The translations under genes were made by a program, and so were the position numbers. A stretch of 64,000 bases of DNA, taken from the NCBI RefSeq assembly GCF_902652985.1, contig NC_047021.1, positions 27,466,001-27,530,000 of the forward strand, given 5' to 3'. The notes below the pieces were generated by a model. The model saw nothing but the letters and a program-made list of their open reading frames with translations. It made no database searches and was not told the DNA's origin. Of the stretch, positions 61,720 to 64,000 are shown piece after piece (the first letter of the stretch is position 1; each line of letters starts with the position of its first letter). The DNA comes from Pecten maximus (lineage: Eukaryota).

Positions 61720-62376
61720 AAACAGCAAGTTGTTAATCTACAATTTATGGTAGTGATACACTACGATTTTATTGTCATAGAAACAGGCCCAAACAAACAT
61801 CAAAGAATAAAGATTGGCAAATAAAAACTGTAGGATATTGGTATTCGTGACCAGATTTTGTCAAACAACATACGCAAAATCGTTAGAGTCACAGTGAGTC
61901 ACAGATATCAAAATGTCTCACAGCAATCGTATGGATCTGCGTCAGAACACAGGTTCACAAAATACATGTTAGCTCAATATAAATTAAAATATAATAAAAC
62001 ACTATACTTAACATTATTGAGTTTGTTTGACATAGTTACATACAGATTTCAAACATCCAGGCCCTATATCGTAGCTAAATGCGAAATTTATTACAGAGAC
62101 ACTTCAGGAGGGAAAAGTTACGTTATAAAGACAAAACCAAAATCTCCTCAAAGTTCATATTATGAAAAGCTTACCTCTCTTTATTATTTGGTCCATTTCG
62201 GGTTTTGTTGGCATATCCAAACCAAACCATGTAATGCGTAGTGATTTTATGATCGTCAAGAATGTCGCCTTCCTTACATTCTGCATGCGATTGTCTCGTT
62301 TCAGTCAAAGAGAAGAAGAAGGCGAGGAAGTGTGACGGGGGGAAAGGTTCCCCAGTGGTGGTGAGATGCAACAATG
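56797..62376 (+). CDS. Possible first coding exons of an unidentified gene continuing beyond the window
   Basis: Exon-like blocks 56767-56887 (ttacag| ... GCAG|gtatgt; ATG at 56797; ends phase 1) and 62305-62376 (gtttcag| ... G|gttagt; phase 1-1) join in frame: MNEIRVHGLLLERYNTQFQGLLHKLIRPAAVKEKKKARKCDGGKGSPVVVRCNN. No homology recognised. Confidence 0.3.
57713..57759. repeat. Poly-C run followed by (CA)n
   Basis: Visible directly. Confidence 0.95.
58276..58429. mobile_element. 154-bp foldback palindrome (MITE-like)
   Basis: Arms of ~69 bp (taagcattgagctgctttcagttggaag...caaattcaa and its inverse) with about 5 mismatches and a ~16-nt loop. Confidence 0.8.
58606..58641. repeat. (CA)n microsatellite
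   Basis: Visible directly. Confidence 0.95.
61680..61716. repeat. (CT)n microsatellite
   Basis: Visible directly. Confidence 0.95.
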
Positions 62377-64000
62377 GTTAGTATCTCATACTTTATTACA
62401 GCACATCTATTTCTGGTATTTACAATTTACAGCCAATACCTTCCTTTGATGCAGTAAACAATTTTAGCAATGTTGTTAAAACAAAAACCAATTGCACAGA
62501 GAAAACCTATCGTGCGTGTTATAATCAATCTCACCTTTCCTTCTTATGCTGAAAACAAGTTTTGTAGATAAACTAGCTATATTACAACATATGTTTATAT
62601 GACTTTGCTATATACTTCAGAACGAGGTTTAATGCAGACGAATACACCTATGAGTTCGTGCAGTGTAGAAATAGTTATATACTTGTACTTCCGTGCACTA
62701 AATCATTGCTCATTCTACCATGTAAAGTTATTTATGGCCACAGTATTGATATTAAGCATAGGTGTCAAGGTATCAAGGACATGACTGACATACTGTAGAC
62801 GTATTAATGTTGGCGCACTCAAATTTTGCGCATTTCCATATCATAACAAATTAACACAAGAATAAGGGCATTCTCATATTTTCTGAAGGAAAAACACATA
62901 TATAATGTAATGAGCCCAATCATAATATAGTGCAACGCTTCAAGAGCGAAAATCGCTAAAATAAGATTACCGCTGAAATATATAGGTTTACAGTATAACA
63001 ACATCTTACCAATGACAAAAAGGGTGGAAAAGTAACGACGGCAATGTACTATATTGCAAAACATAAATATAAAACCCAAAAGTAGAAGCAACACACATGC
63101 ATTGTCTCATGACCAAAATATTGGCTGCATAATTAAATACGGTAAGTCAGACAGTTTCAATATACATTGTATAAGTACTTAGCATTCTAACATATCGGCA
63201 AAATAAACCTGATTTTTTTATTTGAATTTTGTAAGGTATATGTAAATATTTTCATACTAGTTAGCATATATTGATCGTCTCGCCGACTGTGGAAGTAAAT
63301 TAATAATTATCAGCAGTTCACAGCTGTTCCACACAGGATACTTGCCTACCTACATTTACCTATATACAGTAATTATATAGAGAGAACTATTGAATTGCTG
63401 GTTGTAGTGGTTTTCTGGCAACACCCGAAGATCTCTAGGTAATGATGTTATTGTTGAATTGGTTGTGGGTTTGAGGAAACTACAGACATGACAATGTTAA
63501 TGTGTATCTATTTATTTATTTATTTATTTTTGCGAGCACGTTTCAATACCCAAAGTACAATTCGAATACTTCGTTATTTAGATACAGTATTTTCAACGTC
63601 ATCATATATCAAACTAGTTTAAAATATTCACAATATAAGTGCGTGTTCGCTTTTCAAATTGTGTGCAATAACGTTTTGACAAATAATATCTCAATGACGC
63701 AATCTAAAAGCTCTTATATATAACTGGTCTTTGAAGAGAAGTGATACAGGAATTAACAAATGTAAATGTTCTGGGTAATCAAAAAGTGCACAGTGGATTA
63801 TAATACGAGTTAACACCCGAGAATTGGAACAATTTGACAACTAGACCTTCATAATGGAACTGGAAGACAATATGAGTTTGGTAATAACACTGATCTGTAT
63901 TTGTATCAGCCTATTAACGTTTAGTTATACTGACATTTTTTTTATAGTTTAGGTTTATTTCTACACAGTGACAATTAACTATTGTGCATTCAATGTGTTG

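Overview
AT-rich, intron-rich animal genomic DNA, most likely a pteriomorph bivalve (oyster, pearl oyster or mussel). This is inferred from Helentron-type satellite elements, a V-domain tRNA-derived SINE and the LINE 3' ends. In order, the window holds: (1) the last exon of an Arg-rich, 6-Cys WAP-like protein (+); (2) a 2.7-kb satellite-bearing non-autonomous Helentron; (3) a complete 23-exon FBXL13/DRC6 gene (-, 5018-28473, about 780 aa) that I spliced by hand with consistent phases; (4) a near-intact APE-RT LINE with a 2A-like NPGP leader, plus a second truncated LINE; (5) a ~10-kb tandem duplication in which each copy carries a two-exon PQ-loop transporter (-), a SINE and a four-exon, probably GPI-anchored Cys-rich/SUEL-lectin gene (+); (6) foldback/MITE elements and possibly the first exons of another + strand gene. 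The most unusual signal is inside FBXL13. Three unrelated tandem arrays are each built from one of the gene's own exon-intron junctions, and all three are centred on AG|GT, creating dozens of decoy or ratchet-like splice sites. A fourth minisatellite consists largely of CAG|GTGAG motifs on the sense strand. All coordinates were read by eye, and no database search was run.
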